This document shows, in pieces, positions 26,686 through 37,914 of a stretch of DNA of 64,000 bases. The notes below the pieces were generated by a model that saw only the letters and a list, made by a program, of their open reading frames with translations, ran no database searches and was not told where the DNA came from. Location: positions 559 to 64,558 of the forward strand of contig JAZSLS010000100.1 of assembly GCA_045535465.1 (NCBI GenBank), written 5' to 3'. The stretch comes from Eubacteriales bacterium (GTDB lineage Bacteria; Bacillota; Clostridia; Oscillospirales; CAG-382). Both the position numbers and the translations under genes were made by a program. The stretch's first letter is position 1. Every line of letters starts with the position of its first letter.

Positions 26686-28395
26686 ATGGCAAATAAAAAA
26701 CAGCAGATAAAGCAGGAAAAGGATACTTACCGTAAAAGATATCGCAATATGAAGGAGCTGAGATGGTGGATAGCAGGCCTGCTTTTGGTATGCATCGTTA
26801 TAACGTCTTCTCTTTGGGTTGTACGCATAGGTAAGGTTGTAAATAGAATAGTTGAGCTGGAGAAAGCCGTTGAACAGGGCGACGTTGGTGCGACCGATGA
26901 GTTTAGGGGTTCTGTAATAAGCGGCGGCAAAACTAATGTAAGTCTTATGGCGCTTAGCTATTATTATTACGACGCTTTTTATACTATAAGGGAAGATGAT
27001 AATTTTAAATCCGATTACGAGGCATATGGACTTGACCCCGAAAAGCCTTTAAAGGAGTCGGAGTATACAGCCCTTCGTACTTGGTTTGACGAGCTTCTTA
27101 CCAAAACCTACGAGAGCGTGGATGACGTTGTCCGTTATGCGGAGCTTGCTCGCAAAGCGGGAACGACCTTGTCTGCCGAGGAAGAAAGAGCTGCAGAGGA
27201 TAAAATAAAGGCTTTAACCGAAAGAGCAGAAAAGGAAGGCACTACTCTTGTAGACTACATTGACAAAAGATATGCTCCCGGTATGACGGTGGAAGAGCTT
27301 CGCAGCGCTATTCGTCTTTATATGCTAGGCGAAAAGCAGTACGGCATAGAGGTAGACCGTATGCTTCAATGCACCGACGGGGAAATAGAAGCTTACTACG
27401 AAGCTAATGAATCCTCTCTTATTACTGCCGACTATGCCTTTTTTAAGTTTTACGGTCAGAAAAAGGAACAGCTTGCTTCTATGGAAAAAAGCTTTACCGA
27501 TTGTAAAACCAAGGAGGAGTTTTTAGGGAATATAGAAAAAAACCTTAAAAACCAAGGCTTAACCGACAAGCAGGTTTCGGATTATATTGAGCAAAGCGTA
27601 CGCCGTATAGATTACACCGAAAAGGACGCTATGAGCAAATGGGCGTTTGAAACCAACAAGGGCGTGGGCGACAGCTTTGTGGAATACGGCGAGGAGGACG
27701 GTAACGTTTACTGCGTGGTTTATCACCTTATCCGTCCCGGTGAAAAGGTGCTTAGGCCTTCCGCTAACGCACGCAGCATTATGATAAGCGGCGACGGCTT
27801 TACCACTCCTGAAGGTGCTAAAGCGCAGGCAGAGCAGATTTACAAGCTTGCGGTAGAGGACGGAACAGAGGAAAACTTTGCCACGCTTGCCAAACAACAC
27901 AGCTTTGACCTTGATGTTGCCCGTTACGGCGGCGAATATGCTGATATTGTGCCCGGTGACGTAGTGGCAGAGTACGAGGAATGGGTTTTTGAAGACGAAA
28001 GAAAATACGGTGATATAGGTATGGTAAAAAGCGGCGATGACTATCACATTATTTTCTTTATCAAAAGCGGCGACCCTTGTTGGAAGGTAACGGCAAAGAA
28101 CGCAATGGTAGATGAAAGGATGGAAAGGTTTTCCGAAACTTTAAAAACGGAAATTCCTCTTATAAAGGAGGAAAATATAGTTAACACAAAGCTTCCGGAT
28201 AATCTTGCAACCGACTATGAGCGTGATTACGTTGTAAAAGAGGAAGACGGCAAGCTGGTTTACAAAATCCGTTTTGAATTTAAGACCGTTGTTGCAGAGT
28301 TTATAATGTCCGTAGTAAGTGTTGTTGCTTTGGGCTTTACTGTATGGGCGTTTGTGTATACTGCAAGGCTTAAGAAAAAGTACGGCTACGAATAA
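26686..28395 (+). CDS. membrane-anchored parvulin (PpiC/PrsA/SurA-like) peptidyl-prolyl isomerase
   Basis: I place the start at ATG 26686 (GAAAGAGG RBS). N-terminal TM helix (WWIAGLLLVCIVITSSLWVV). Parvulin-like segment SIMISGDG...FATLAKQHSFD...GGEYADIVPGDVVAEYEEWVF...GDIGMVKSGDDYHIIFF. C-terminal TM helix. Confidence 0.7.
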   Translation: MANKKQQIKQEKDTYRKRYRNMKELRWWIAGLLLVCIVITSSLWVVRIGKVVNRIVELEKAVEQGDVGATDEFRGSVISGGKTNVSLMALSYYYYDAFYTIREDDNFKSDYEAYGLDPEKPLKESEYTALRTWFDELLTKTYESVDDVVRYAELARKAGTTLSAEEERAAEDKIKALTERAEKEGTTLVDYIDKRYAPGMTVEELRSAIRLYMLGEKQYGIEVDRMLQCTDGEIEAYYEANESSLITADYAFFKFYGQKKEQLASMEKSFTDCKTKEEFLGNIEKNLKNQGLTDKQVSDYIEQSVRRIDYTEKDAMSKWAFETNKGVGDSFVEYGEEDGNVYCVVYHLIRPGEKVLRPSANARSIMISGDGFTTPEGAKAQAEQIYKLAVEDGTEENFATLAKQHSFDLDVARYGGEYADIVPGDVVAEYEEWVFEDERKYGDIGMVKSGDDYHIIFFIKSGDPCWKVTAKNAMVDERMERFSETLKTEIPLIKEENIVNTKLPDNLATDYERDYVVKEEDGKLVYKIRFEFKTVVAEFIMSVVSVVALGFTVWAFVYTARLKKKYGYE

Positions 28396-28410
28396 ATAAA
28401 TTGCACGTTC

Positions 28411-28443
28411 AAAAGAGCTTTCTTTAAGAAGGCTCTTTTTTTT
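28411..28443 (+). terminator. rho-independent terminator
   Basis: AGAGCTTTC-TTTAA-GAAGGCTCT followed by TTTTTTTT. Confidence 0.8.
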
Positions 28444-28514
28444 CGTCGTCAAAAAGATGTAAAAAATTTAAGTTACATAATGCAAAAAAACTTGTGTAAA
28501 ATGCAAAAAAACTA

Positions 28515-28543
28515 TTGCATTTTTTAAAACTGTAATATATAAT
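28515..28543 (+). promoter_or_regulatory. dcw cluster promoter (TTGCAT-17-TATAAT)
   Basis: TTGCAT at 28515-28520, TATAAT at 28538-28543. Confidence 0.65.
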
Positions 28544-28552
28544 GGGTTTATA

Positions 28553-28580
28553 AAGTGGAACTAAATGGAATAATGTGGTG
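28553..28580 (+). promoter_or_regulatory. MraZ operator: three direct repeats at exact 10-bp spacing
   Basis: AAGTGGA (28553), AAATGGA (28563) and AATGTGGT (28572). The (G/A)TGG cores start at 28555, 28565 and 28575, just downstream of the -10 element. Confidence 0.6.
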
Positions 28581-28673
28581 CAAAAGACCTAAATTTTTCC
28601 TATTTTTCCCTAAAACGTCCTGTTTTTTCCAAAAAGCAGAAAAAACCAAAATTTTTGAAAGGAGGGGAACTGC

Positions 28674-29096
28674 TTGTTTATTGGTGAATATCGACACACT
28701 TTGGATTCCAAGGGCAGGCTGTCCTTTCCTGTAAAGCTTAGGGAAAAATTAGGGGCGGAGTTTGTAATGTGTCGCAGCTATGAGCGTTGCGTTATGATAT
28801 ACCCTAAGGATGCGTGGGAGGACTTTGCCGCTAAGTTTGAAAACCTTCACGTGGTTGAGGATAGGCAAATTCCCCGTTATTTCTTCTCCAGCGGCGAGTG
28901 GGCAAGCTTGGACTCTCAGGGCAGGGTGGTTATACCTCAGCGTTTTCGTACCTTTGCGGGTATCGAAAAAAACGTGGTTATCATAGGTAACAACAAGCAT
29001 TTGGAGCTTTGGGATGAGGCCGCTTGGGATGCAGAGCTGGAAAACGGTATGCAAAGCGAGGACATAATGTCTCGTATGATAAAGCTTGGGTTCTGA
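28674..29096 (+). CDS. mraZ: transcriptional regulator MraZ
   Basis: TTG start with an AGGAGGGG RBS. Duplicated SpoVT-AbrB halves carry LDSKGRLSFP and LDSQGRVVIP. Confidence 0.95.
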   Translation: MFIGEYRHTLDSKGRLSFPVKLREKLGAEFVMCRSYERCVMIYPKDAWEDFAAKFENLHVVEDRQIPRYFFSSGEWASLDSQGRVVIPQRFRTFAGIEKNVVIIGNNKHLELWDEAAWDAELENGMQSEDIMSRMIKLGF

Positions 29097-29097
29097 T

Positions 29098-30021
29098 ATG
29101 GAATTTAAACACTATACCGTTCTCAGGGAAGAGGCTGTTGAGCTTCTCGACCTGAAAAAGGACGGCGTTTACGTAGACTGCACTCTTGGCGGTGCAGGCC
29201 ATACAAAGTTAATACTTGAAAAGCTGGAGGGCGGCAGAGTAATAGGCATAGACCGTGATGCGGATGCAATAGAAAACGCTCGCCTTACCGTAAGGGATAG
29301 CCGCTTTACCGCAGTTAAAAGCAACTTCACCGAGATAGATACGGTGCTTATGGAGCTTGGAATAGACAAGGTGGACGGCGTGCTTATGGACCTTGGCGTT
29401 TCATCCTATCAGCTTGATACGGTGGAGAGGGGCTTTTCCTACAGTGTGGATGCACCCCTTGATATGCGTATGGACGTAAGCGGCGGAGAGGATGCGGCTT
29501 TTATACTTAACAACTATTCCGAGGAGGAGCTTGCCCGTATTATATGGGAATACGGTGAGGAACGCTACAGCCGTCGTATAGCTTCTGCCATAGCAAGGGA
29601 TAGAGAAAATGCACCCTATTTTACCACAAAACAGCTTTATGATACGGTGTTTGCTACTGTACACGGCAGTAAAACGGACAAGCTTTCTTCCGTAAAGCGT
29701 GTTTTTCAAGCTATAAGAATTCAAGTAAACGGTGAGCTTTCTGCCGTAAGCGAAACCTTGGAAAAATCAGCACGCCTTTTGAAAAAAGGCGGCAGACTTG
29801 CAGTAATAAGCTTTCATTCCTTGGAGGACAGGATAGTGAAAAAGGCGTTTACCGCCTTATCAAGCGGTTGTATCTGCCCCAAGGACCTTCCCGTTTGCGT
29901 GTGCGGCAAAACACCTGAGTTTAAGATAATAACACGCAAGCCTCTTCTTCCTACCGATAGGGAGCTGGAGGAAAACACTCGTTCTCACAGCGCAAAGCTT
30001 CGTGCTGCCGAAAAGCTTTAA
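29098..30021 (+). CDS. rsmH: 16S rRNA (cytosine1402-N4)-methyltransferase RsmH
   Basis: I place the start at ATG 29098, directly after the mraZ stop. SAM-binding motif DCTLGGAGH; SFHSLEDRIVK. Confidence 0.93.
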   Translation: MEFKHYTVLREEAVELLDLKKDGVYVDCTLGGAGHTKLILEKLEGGRVIGIDRDADAIENARLTVRDSRFTAVKSNFTEIDTVLMELGIDKVDGVLMDLGVSSYQLDTVERGFSYSVDAPLDMRMDVSGGEDAAFILNNYSEEELARIIWEYGEERYSRRIASAIARDRENAPYFTTKQLYDTVFATVHGSKTDKLSSVKRVFQAIRIQVNGELSAVSETLEKSARLLKKGGRLAVISFHSLEDRIVKKAFTALSSGCICPKDLPVCVCGKTPEFKIITRKPLLPTDRELEENTRSHSAKLRAAEKL

Positions 30022-30072
30022 AAATCAAGAAAGGAAAACAGCCGTTGGGTAAAAGCCTGCGGTGGTGACGAA

Positions 30073-30657
30073 ATGGAAGATAATAAGGTAAAAGCTACCT
30101 CCCAAAATAAAGCACCTGTAAAAAAATCCGCAAGGCCTGCGCAAAAGCCTGTGGTAAAGAAGAGCGTAAGCGATGCTAAAAAGGCAGCCTTGGCAAAAAG
30201 AGGTTCTGCCCACCCTACGGCACGCCGTTCCGCTTCAGAGGTAACAAGCTTTAAGATAGTTACCGAAAAAGGAAAGGAAAAAAAGCCGTTTCCTTGGACT
30301 ACTGTTCTTGCGTCCGTATGCTTTACCGTTATGTTTTTGTTCCTTATGCTTAACTATACTTCTCTTGATAAGCTTAAGGACGAGGTAATAAGACAGGATA
30401 AGGTTATAACCGAGCTTTCCGATAAAAAAGAAAAGCTTGAGGAGCAGGTTGCCAAAAAGGATACCCTTGACGAAATAACCCAGTATGCCGAAGAGCTTGG
30501 TATGGTTAGAAAAGAAGAAATAGAGGGTCAGTATTACATAGACCTTAACACCGACGACGAAGTTAATATCACCGAGTATAAGGACGAGAACGAAAACGGC
30601 ATAGGCGTTTTGCTTACTGGTGTCGGAAACGTTATAAAAGACTTTTTTGGCGGTTGA
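30073..30657 (+). CDS. ftsL: cell division protein FtsL-like (bitopic, coiled coil)
   Basis: Basic N-terminal region, a single TM helix (VLASVCFTVMFLFLMLNY), then a coiled coil (LKDEVIRQDKVITELSDKKEKLEEQ). The position in the dcw cluster supports the call. Confidence 0.7.
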   Translation: MEDNKVKATSQNKAPVKKSARPAQKPVVKKSVSDAKKAALAKRGSAHPTARRSASEVTSFKIVTEKGKEKKPFPWTTVLASVCFTVMFLFLMLNYTSLDKLKDEVIRQDKVITELSDKKEKLEEQVAKKDTLDEITQYAEELGMVRKEEIEGQYYIDLNTDDEVNITEYKDENENGIGVLLTGVGNVIKDFFGG

Positions 30658-30787
30658 TTTTTCTTCGGTAATCATATAAATTGTTATATAGTAATATAAA
30701 TTTAGGGTAAAAGCGCACAAAATGCGCTTTACCCTTCTTTGACTATATAAAGGAATGTGTTTTTTCTGTAACGAGGCGTGATTTTCT

Positions 30788-33115
30788 ATGAACAACAATT
30801 CAAAAACTATCCAAAAAGGGGTAATAAGCCGAACAATGGTGGCTCTTATAGCTCTTGTGGTGATTTTTGCCATAATAGCCGGCAGGCTTGCATACCTTCA
30901 GCTTTTTAATTACAGCGAGCTTCGCAATCAGGTTTTACAGCAGTACTCTTCTACGATAGTTCTTCCTGCCAGCCGAGGTACTATCTATGACCGCAATATG
31001 GAAGTGTTGGCTATGAGCGAAACCGTGGAAACAGTTTTTATCTCTCCAAAGGGCATAAAGGATGCTATTGCAAAGCAGGATAAGTCTGAAAGCTTAAAGC
31101 CCTCCGAAAAAATAGACTACAAAAATCTTATAGCGGATAATCTTTCCACCCTGCTTGAAGTGGATAAAACTATGATACTTCAGCGTATGGAAAAAACAAA
31201 CAGCCAATACGAGATAATCAAAAAAGAGGTAGACGAGGAAACCGCTAACAAGGTAAGGGAATTTATTATAGACAACAATTTGTCTACAATGGTAAATTTG
31301 GAGGAAGCCAGCAAAAGGCATTATCAGTACGGCAGCCTTGCTTCCCACGTTTTAGGCTTTAACGGCACAGACGGCGGTCTTATGGGGCTTGAAAAATATT
31401 ACGACGAACAGCTTTCGGGTACGGACGGAAGAATAGTAAAAGCCAAGAATGCCGGTGGCTACGATATGCCCTACAAGTATGAAACCTACGTCGAAGCCCA
31501 AAACGGCGCCAACCTTGTAACTACCATAGACGTAAAGGTTCAAAGCATAGTAGAAAAATATCTTGAAAAGGTTTATAACGACCAGCAGGCAAAAAATCGT
31601 GTTGCAGCAGTGGTAATGGACGTTAATACAGGGGAAATATTGGGCTCTGCCGTTTATCCCGATTTTGACCTTAACGACCCCTACACTCTCACGGGTGAAA
31701 CACTTTTGGAATACGAGGCGTTTTTAGAGGCGGGCGTTGTGGAAAAGAAAGATTCCGCAACGGGCGAGGTTTCCACGGTTCCCATTACCGAGGAAGATAA
31801 AACGGCCAAGAAAAGCGAGCTTTTGTACAAGCTTTGGAACAACAAGGTCGTAAGCGATATATACGAACCGGGCTCTACCTTTAAGATAGTTACCACCGCT
31901 ATGGCTATGGAAGAGGGAATATCGGGTATCGGTGACAGATACACCTGCACAGGCACAGTCTCGGTAGGCGGCGTAGACATTAATTGCCATAAGGCAGGCG
32001 GCCACGGTGACCAAAGCTTTGCAGAAACCCTTCAAAACTCCTGCAACCCCGCTTTCGTTTCTTTGGGGCTTCGTGTAGGCAAGGAATCGTTTATGCGTTA
32101 CTTTGAGGAGTTTGGCTACCTTGACCTTACGGGCAGCGATATGGTTGGTGAAAGCAAAACCTACTATTACGGAACCAGCAACACTCAGTTTGGTAAAGTA
32201 GAGCTTGCAACCTACTCCTTTGGTCAGGCATTTAAAACCAGCATTCTCCAGCAGCTTCGTGCAACCAGCGTTGTTGCCAACGGCGGCTATTTGGTAACTC
32301 CTCATTTGGCAAAATATCTTACCGACGATAACGGAAATATAACCTACACCTTTGACTACGATAACAATCGTCAGGTTATAAGCACCGAGGTATCCGACAC
32401 CATAGTTGACATACTCTACGGCGGCATAAACACGGGTTCTACAAAAAACGCTGCCGTTGAGGGCTATTCAATAGCAGCAAAAACTGGCACCTCTCAGAAG
32501 CTTGATATACTTGACAGAGAAGTTTACGTTAGCTCCTGTGTTGCCTTTGCACCTGCGGAAGACCCTCAGGTTGCCGTTATCGTAGTGGTTGACGAACCTT
32601 CCGTGCACGATTTTTACGGCGGCCTTGTAGCGGCTCCCGTTGTATCCAGCATCCTTTCCGAGGTTCTTCCTCACCTTGATATTCCCAGAAACGGCGAAGT
32701 GGAGCATAAGTCCATCACCGTTACCAAGATGATAGATAAAACCGTAGAAGATGCAAAAAAGGCTGTGGAAGATTTGGGCCTTGAATATCGCATAATAGGC
32801 AACGGCGACAAAATAGTTGACCAAATGCCTCGCTCCGGCACTGTTCTTACCGAAGGCGGCACGGTTATCCTTTATACCGAGCATACCAACGAATACGAGA
32901 TGATAAAGGTGCCCGACCTTAAGGGGTATCGTGCTCAGGACGCACTGACTATTCTTAAAAATAAGGGGCTTAACGTCCGTGTAACGGGTGCATACAGCTC
33001 CAGCATAACGGGTACTCCCTTAGTTGCGTTGCAGGATATAACAGCAGGCACCGAGGTAAGGGAAGGTACGGTTGTGACCCTTGAATTCCGTTACAACGAA
33101 AACGTATACGGTTAA
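30788..33115 (+). CDS. class B penicillin-binding protein (FtsI/PBP2B/SpoVD type) with C-terminal PASTA domains
   Basis: N-terminal TM helix; transpeptidase SxxK motif (GSTFKIV); KTGT motif (AAKTGTSQ); two PASTA-like repeats at the C-terminus. Confidence 0.9.
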   Translation: MNNNSKTIQKGVISRTMVALIALVVIFAIIAGRLAYLQLFNYSELRNQVLQQYSSTIVLPASRGTIYDRNMEVLAMSETVETVFISPKGIKDAIAKQDKSESLKPSEKIDYKNLIADNLSTLLEVDKTMILQRMEKTNSQYEIIKKEVDEETANKVREFIIDNNLSTMVNLEEASKRHYQYGSLASHVLGFNGTDGGLMGLEKYYDEQLSGTDGRIVKAKNAGGYDMPYKYETYVEAQNGANLVTTIDVKVQSIVEKYLEKVYNDQQAKNRVAAVVMDVNTGEILGSAVYPDFDLNDPYTLTGETLLEYEAFLEAGVVEKKDSATGEVSTVPITEEDKTAKKSELLYKLWNNKVVSDIYEPGSTFKIVTTAMAMEEGISGIGDRYTCTGTVSVGGVDINCHKAGGHGDQSFAETLQNSCNPAFVSLGLRVGKESFMRYFEEFGYLDLTGSDMVGESKTYYYGTSNTQFGKVELATYSFGQAFKTSILQQLRATSVVANGGYLVTPHLAKYLTDDNGNITYTFDYDNNRQVISTEVSDTIVDILYGGINTGSTKNAAVEGYSIAAKTGTSQKLDILDREVYVSSCVAFAPAEDPQVAVIVVVDEPSVHDFYGGLVAAPVVSSILSEVLPHLDIPRNGEVEHKSITVTKMIDKTVEDAKKAVEDLGLEYRIIGNGDKIVDQMPRSGTVLTEGGTVILYTEHTNEYEMIKVPDLKGYRAQDALTILKNKGLNVRVTGAYSSSITGTPLVALQDITAGTEVREGTVVTLEFRYNENVYG

Positions 33116-33134
33116 TACCAAAAGAGAGATAAAT

Positions 33135-34493
33135 ATGAACTATACTCTAAAAGAAATAGCCCTAAAATGCGGCGGCATCCTTTGTGAAGGCAGCGACGAA
33201 AACAGAGCTTTTACTACCGTAAATTCCGACAGCCGTGCCATAAAAAGCAAAAGCACGCTTTTTGCCGCATTTTGCGGTGACAATTTTGACGGCCATCGTT
33301 TTGCGGCAGAGCTTTGTAAAGAGGGCGGTGCGATAATAGATAACCCGGCATACGCTTGCCCCAATGCTATATTGGTAAAGGACGTAAAAAGCGCCCTTTA
33401 CACCATAGCAAAACAGCATAGAGAGGAAAAGCTGCCCCATCTTAAGGTGCTTGCCATAACGGGCAGTGTCGGCAAAACCACCACCAAAAATATGGCGGCG
33501 CTGGTTATGGCATCCCATTACAAGGTATATAAAAGCGCAGGCAACCGTAACAGCCTTACGGGGCTTCCTATGGAGATACTTAACGTGCCCGAGGATACAG
33601 AGTGGGCGGTGCTTGAGGCGGGTATGAGCGACCCCGGCGAGATAAGTAAAATATCAAAGCTTATAAAGCCCAAGGCGGCAATCATCACCAATATAGGTCA
33701 CTCACACATCCTTGCCTTTGGTAGCAGAGAGGGTATATGCAAGGAAAAGCTGTCTATAACTGCGGCTATGGAAAAGCCTATACTTGTTATGCCGGATGAG
33801 CCTCTTCTTCTTTCTGCTTGCAAGGGTGCGGAGGGTTCGCTGTTCTGCTCCGTTACCGAAAACGGCTACGATGCATACGTTGAAAACGTTACCCAAACAG
33901 AGCATTCAACAAGCTTTACCGTGTGCTGCGAGGGAGTTGAAACAAAGGTAACCATACCTGTTTTGGGTATACATAACGTACACAACGCTCTTCTTTGCTT
34001 CGTTTGCGGCATTAGGTTGGGCGTACCTGCAGATAAAGCGGCAAAAGCACTTGAAGGCTTTGCCGTAGAGGGCTTCCGTCAGAACATACGCAAAAGCGGA
34101 GGCGTTACCGTAATAGCCGACTGCTACAACGCCTCTCCCGAGTCAATGAAAGCAGCGCTTTCCGTCTTGGGTAAGGGAACGGGCACAAGAATAGCTGTCC
34201 TTGGTGATATGCTGGAGCTGGGAGAGCATTCCGCTTCGCTTCACCGTTTTGTGGGCGAGGCTGCTGCAGATAATACCGATACCCTTATTTGCGTAGGCGA
34301 CTTTGCTTGCCATATAGCAGAAGGCGCCTGTGCCAAGTGCTTTCCTGCAGAAAACATACGTCTTTACAAAAACGACGAATATATGGAGGCGGCAGAGCTT
34401 TTAAAGTCCATTGTCAAAGAGGGCGACACGGTGCTGTTTAAAGCCAGTAACCGTACAAATATACGAAAAGTATTGGAGTTGAGCGGTATATGA
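33135..34493 (+). CDS. murF: UDP-N-acetylmuramoyl-tripeptide--D-alanyl-D-alanine ligase
   Basis: I place the start at ATG 33135 (MNYTLKEIA...). Mur ligase P-loop [11 protein letters not shown]. 4-nt overlap with mraY. Confidence 0.9.
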   Translation: MNYTLKEIALKCGGILCEGSDENRAFTTVNSDSRAIKSKSTLFAAFCGDNFDGHRFAAELCKEGGAIIDNPAYACPNAILVKDVKSALYTIAKQHREEKLPHLKVLAITGSVGKTTTKNMAALVMASHYKVYKSAGNRNSLTGLPMEILNVPEDTEWAVLEAGMSDPGEISKISKLIKPKAAIITNIGHSHILAFGSREGICKEKLSITAAMEKPILVMPDEPLLLSACKGAEGSLFCSVTENGYDAYVENVTQTEHSTSFTVCCEGVETKVTIPVLGIHNVHNALLCFVCGIRLGVPADKAAKALEGFAVEGFRQNIRKSGGVTVIADCYNASPESMKAALSVLGKGTGTRIAVLGDMLELGEHSASLHRFVGEAAADNTDTLICVGDFACHIAEGACAKCFPAENIRLYKNDEYMEAAELLKSIVKEGDTVLFKASNRTNIRKVLELSGI

Positions 34494-35506
34494 AACCGGT
34501 TTTGTTTGCGCTGATTATATCCTTTGCCGTAAGCTTTGCTTTATATAAAATATTCATCCCGGTTTTACGTAAGGTAAAGCTGGGGCAAAAGATACTTGAA
34601 ATAGGCCCAAGCTGGCATAAATGCAAGGAAGGCACTCCCACTATGGGCGGCTTGTTCTTCATAATAGGTATGCTTGCCGCAGTATTTATCTGCGGTTGGA
34701 AATATATATCCGCCCCGCCTACGGTCGCTAACGTGCTGGGCGAAAGGGTAAAGGACTACCGTCTTATTATACATCTTGCCTTTGCTACGCTTACAGGGGC
34801 AATAGGCTTTATCGACGATTACGTAAAGCTTTTCAAAAAGCAAAACAAGGGGCTTAGTGCTTTTCAAAAGATGGTGCTTCTTTCTGCGGCATCCGTAGCC
34901 TATCTTTTGGTAATGAGGCATTTTGGCTATATTGATACCAGCGTAAATCTTCCGTTTATAAAAGGCCAAGTGGAGTTTGGTATCTTCTACTACGTTTTTG
35001 CCGTACTTCTTATTGTCTATATGATAAACTGTGCTAACCTTACAGATGGTATAGACGGTCTTGCGGGAAGTATAGCAAGCATAATAATGACTATGTTCTT
35101 TATCTTCTCTTCTTTCTTGGGCAAGGATGATATGAGCATATTTACAGCGGCAGTAATAGGCGGCCTTATTGCTTTTCTTATATTCAATTTTAACCCCGCA
35201 AGTATATTTATGGGAGATACGGGCTCACTTTTTTTAGGCTGCACCACGGTGCTTATGGCTTTTTGGACCAATGCGTCGGTGCTTATAGTATTAATCGGGC
35301 TTGTATATTTTATCGAGGGCATATCCGTTATGCTTCAGGTATTCTACTATAAACGAACAAAAAAACGTCTATTCAAAATGGCGCCTATCCACCACCACTT
35401 TGAAATGAGCGGTTGGTCGGAGTGGAAGATAGTTTCCGTGTTCAGTGCGGTAACGGTTGTGTGCTGCGCTGCCGCATATCTGTTGTTAGCTTTGTATATT
35501 AACTAA
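34490..35506 (+). CDS. mraY: phospho-N-acetylmuramoyl-pentapeptide transferase
   Basis: Polytopic membrane protein. Motifs [10 protein letters not shown] and APIHHHFE. Confidence 0.95.
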   Translation: MKPVLFALIISFAVSFALYKIFIPVLRKVKLGQKILEIGPSWHKCKEGTPTMGGLFFIIGMLAAVFICGWKYISAPPTVANVLGERVKDYRLIIHLAFATLTGAIGFIDDYVKLFKKQNKGLSAFQKMVLLSAASVAYLLVMRHFGYIDTSVNLPFIKGQVEFGIFYYVFAVLLIVYMINCANLTDGIDGLAGSIASIIMTMFFIFSSFLGKDDMSIFTAAVIGGLIAFLIFNFNPASIFMGDTGSLFLGCTTVLMAFWTNASVLIVLIGLVYFIEGISVMLQVFYYKRTKKRLFKMAPIHHHFEMSGWSEWKIVSVFSAVTVVCCAAAYLLLALYIN

Positions 35507-35534
35507 TCCGATAACGCCAAGGAGGGAGCAATTT

Positions 35535-36779
35535 ATGACAACTAAAATAAAAACAAAACGCCCTTCTAAGGCGCCTGAACAAAAGGAAGAAAAATCACTT
35601 CAAGCCGTAAAGCAAGCCGGCGCAGTACAACGTAAGGCCCCGCCAAAGCCGCGTGAAAGAAAGCTTACCCGTCTTAGAGGTCAGGTTGACCGCCCCTTTA
35701 TGATACTTGTAATCATACTGGTTTGTATAGGCTCTGTAATGGTTTTCAGCACCAGCTACACCTACGCCGAGCTTAAGGGGCAGGATAGCTTTTATTATGC
35801 CAGAAGACAGGGCGCATACGTGCTTATGGGCATAGTGGCAATGGCAATCGTTTCAAGACTGGCAGACTACCGTTGGCTTAAGCGCTTTACTTTTGCTATA
35901 TTTATATTCGCTCTTGCCATAAACGTAGCAACGGCAATTCCCGGCATAGGCCTTGAAAAAAACGGTGCTCGCCGTTGGCTTAATATAGGTATAGACTTTC
36001 AGCCCTCAGAGGTTTTGAAGTTTGCCCTTATTCTTATGTGTGCCAAGCAGGCAAGCGACACGGCGGGAGAAATGAAAAAATTCCGTAAGGGCATTATTCC
36101 CTTTGTAGTAATTCTTGGTATGTGCGCCGTCCCCGTTATCCTGCAAAAGCATTTGTCCTGTACCATAATAATAACGACCATCACCTTTGCAATGATGTGG
36201 ATGGGCGGTTCTCACGCAGGCTGGCTTATAGGCTCAGCCGTAGCAGGCGCAGGCGCATTGTGGGGCGTGCTTTCCAGCGAAAAAATGTCACACTCCATCG
36301 CAAGAATAAAGGTATGGCGTGACCCCTTTGCGGCTCTTTCCACGGGCGGTTGGCAGCCTGCACAGTCCTTGTATGCCATATCAGCGGGAGGCTTTTGGGG
36401 GCTGGGGCTTGGTCAAAGCAACCAAAAGCACGGCTATCTGCCGGAGCCACATAACGACTACATTTTTGCAATTCTTTGTGAGGAGCTTGGTTATTTCGGA
36501 GCGCTGGTGGTAATTATCCTTTTCATAGCTCTTATATGGCGCGGTATGGTAATTGCAAAAAGAGCGCTTAACGTATATTCCGCACTGGTTGTTTCGGGCA
36601 TTATGTGCTCCTTGGCTATTCACGTTTTGCTAAACATAGCGGTTGTAACCAATACCATCCCCAGTACAGGTATAGGCTTGCCCTTCTTCAGCTACGGCGG
36701 CACGTCCCTTTGTATATGGCTTGCAGAAATGGGCGTGGTGCTTTCCGTTTCCCGTTACTCATATCTTAAAGAGGAGTAA
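35535..36779 (+). CDS. ftsW: SEDS-family peptidoglycan glycosyltransferase FtsW/SpoVE
   Basis: 10-TM SEDS protein. Contains QPSEVLKFALIL and PEPHNDYIFA. Basic N-terminal extension. Confidence 0.9.
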   Translation: MTTKIKTKRPSKAPEQKEEKSLQAVKQAGAVQRKAPPKPRERKLTRLRGQVDRPFMILVIILVCIGSVMVFSTSYTYAELKGQDSFYYARRQGAYVLMGIVAMAIVSRLADYRWLKRFTFAIFIFALAINVATAIPGIGLEKNGARRWLNIGIDFQPSEVLKFALILMCAKQASDTAGEMKKFRKGIIPFVVILGMCAVPVILQKHLSCTIIITTITFAMMWMGGSHAGWLIGSAVAGAGALWGVLSSEKMSHSIARIKVWRDPFAALSTGGWQPAQSLYAISAGGFWGLGLGQSNQKHGYLPEPHNDYIFAILCEELGYFGALVVIILFIALIWRGMVIAKRALNVYSALVVSGIMCSLAIHVLLNIAVVTNTIPSTGIGLPFFSYGGTSLCIWLAEMGVVLSVSRYSYLKEE

Positions 36780-36785
36780 TATAAT

Positions 36786-37898
36786 ATGAAAGTTTTGTTT
36801 TCCTGCGGCGGCACGGGTGGACACATAAACCCCGCCATAGCCATAGCAGATACCTTAAAACAAAGAGATAATTCCACAGGCGTTTTGTTCGTAGGCACAG
36901 AAAGGGGTATGGAGGGTACTCTTGTTCCCAAAAGCGGCTACGATATAAAGTTTGTTAAGGTGCGCGGCTTTAAGCGCAAGCTTTCTCTTTCCAATATAGA
37001 TGCGGCTATAAAGGCAATAACCTCGGTACATACCGCAAAAAAGATAATAAAGCAGTTTTCACCCGACGTTGTGGTTGGTACGGGCGGCTATGCAAGCTGG
37101 GCGGCAGTAAAGGCGGCGGCAAAGCTTGGTATACCCACCGTCATCCACGAGCAAAACGCTTTTCCGGGCGTTACCACCAGGCGTCTTTCAAAGTTTGCAT
37201 CTAAGGTTTGCATAAGCTTTGAGGAAAGCAAAAAGTATTTTGACAGCGCCTATAACGATAAGATGATACTTACGGGCAATCCCGTAAAGCCCGAGATAAA
37301 CCTAACGGATAGGGAAACCGCTCGCAAGGAGTTGGGGCTTGGCAACGAGGTATACGTAGTGTCCTTTGGCGGTAGTCTTGGTGCGGAAAAGGTAAACCGG
37401 TACGTTTTTGAAATGCTTCAGGGCTACGTTAAGGGTAATACTTCCATTCGTGCTTTACACGCAACGGGCAAGGGCGGTAACGAAAAATACGGTGCGCTTG
37501 CGGCGTCAACGGGTCTAAACAAAGCACCCAATATAAAAATAAGAGAATACATATACGATATGCACCGTCAGCTTGCGGCGGCGGATATAGTTATATGCCG
37601 TGCAGGTGCAATAACCATAGCGGAAAACTGCTGTATGGGCAAGGCGTGTATACTTATCCCTTCCCCCAACGTAACCGACGACCACCAATACAAAAACGCA
37701 AAGGTGTTGGCAGATGCAGGAGCTGCGCTTTTGCTTAAGGAGTCCGAAACCGACGGCAACGTGCTTATAAATGCGGTAAAAGCTTTGGTAGAGGATGAAA
37801 GCAAGCGTGCTAAGATGGGCAAAGCGGCAAGGACAATGGCAAAGCCCAACGCAACGGATACCATAGCGGATATAGTTATCAAGCAGGCAGGCAAATAA
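36786..37898 (+). CDS. murG: undecaprenyldiphospho-muramoylpentapeptide beta-N-acetylglucosaminyltransferase
   Basis: N-terminal GGTGGHINPA motif; GT28 family length and context. Confidence 0.95.
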   Translation: MKVLFSCGGTGGHINPAIAIADTLKQRDNSTGVLFVGTERGMEGTLVPKSGYDIKFVKVRGFKRKLSLSNIDAAIKAITSVHTAKKIIKQFSPDVVVGTGGYASWAAVKAAAKLGIPTVIHEQNAFPGVTTRRLSKFASKVCISFEESKKYFDSAYNDKMILTGNPVKPEINLTDRETARKELGLGNEVYVVSFGGSLGAEKVNRYVFEMLQGYVKGNTSIRALHATGKGGNEKYGALAASTGLNKAPNIKIREYIYDMHRQLAAADIVICRAGAITIAENCCMGKACILIPSPNVTDDHQYKNAKVLADAGAALLLKESETDGNVLINAVKALVEDESKRAKMGKAARTMAKPNATDTIADIVIKQAGK

Positions 37899-37914
37899 AA
37901 CAAAGGAGAAGGAA

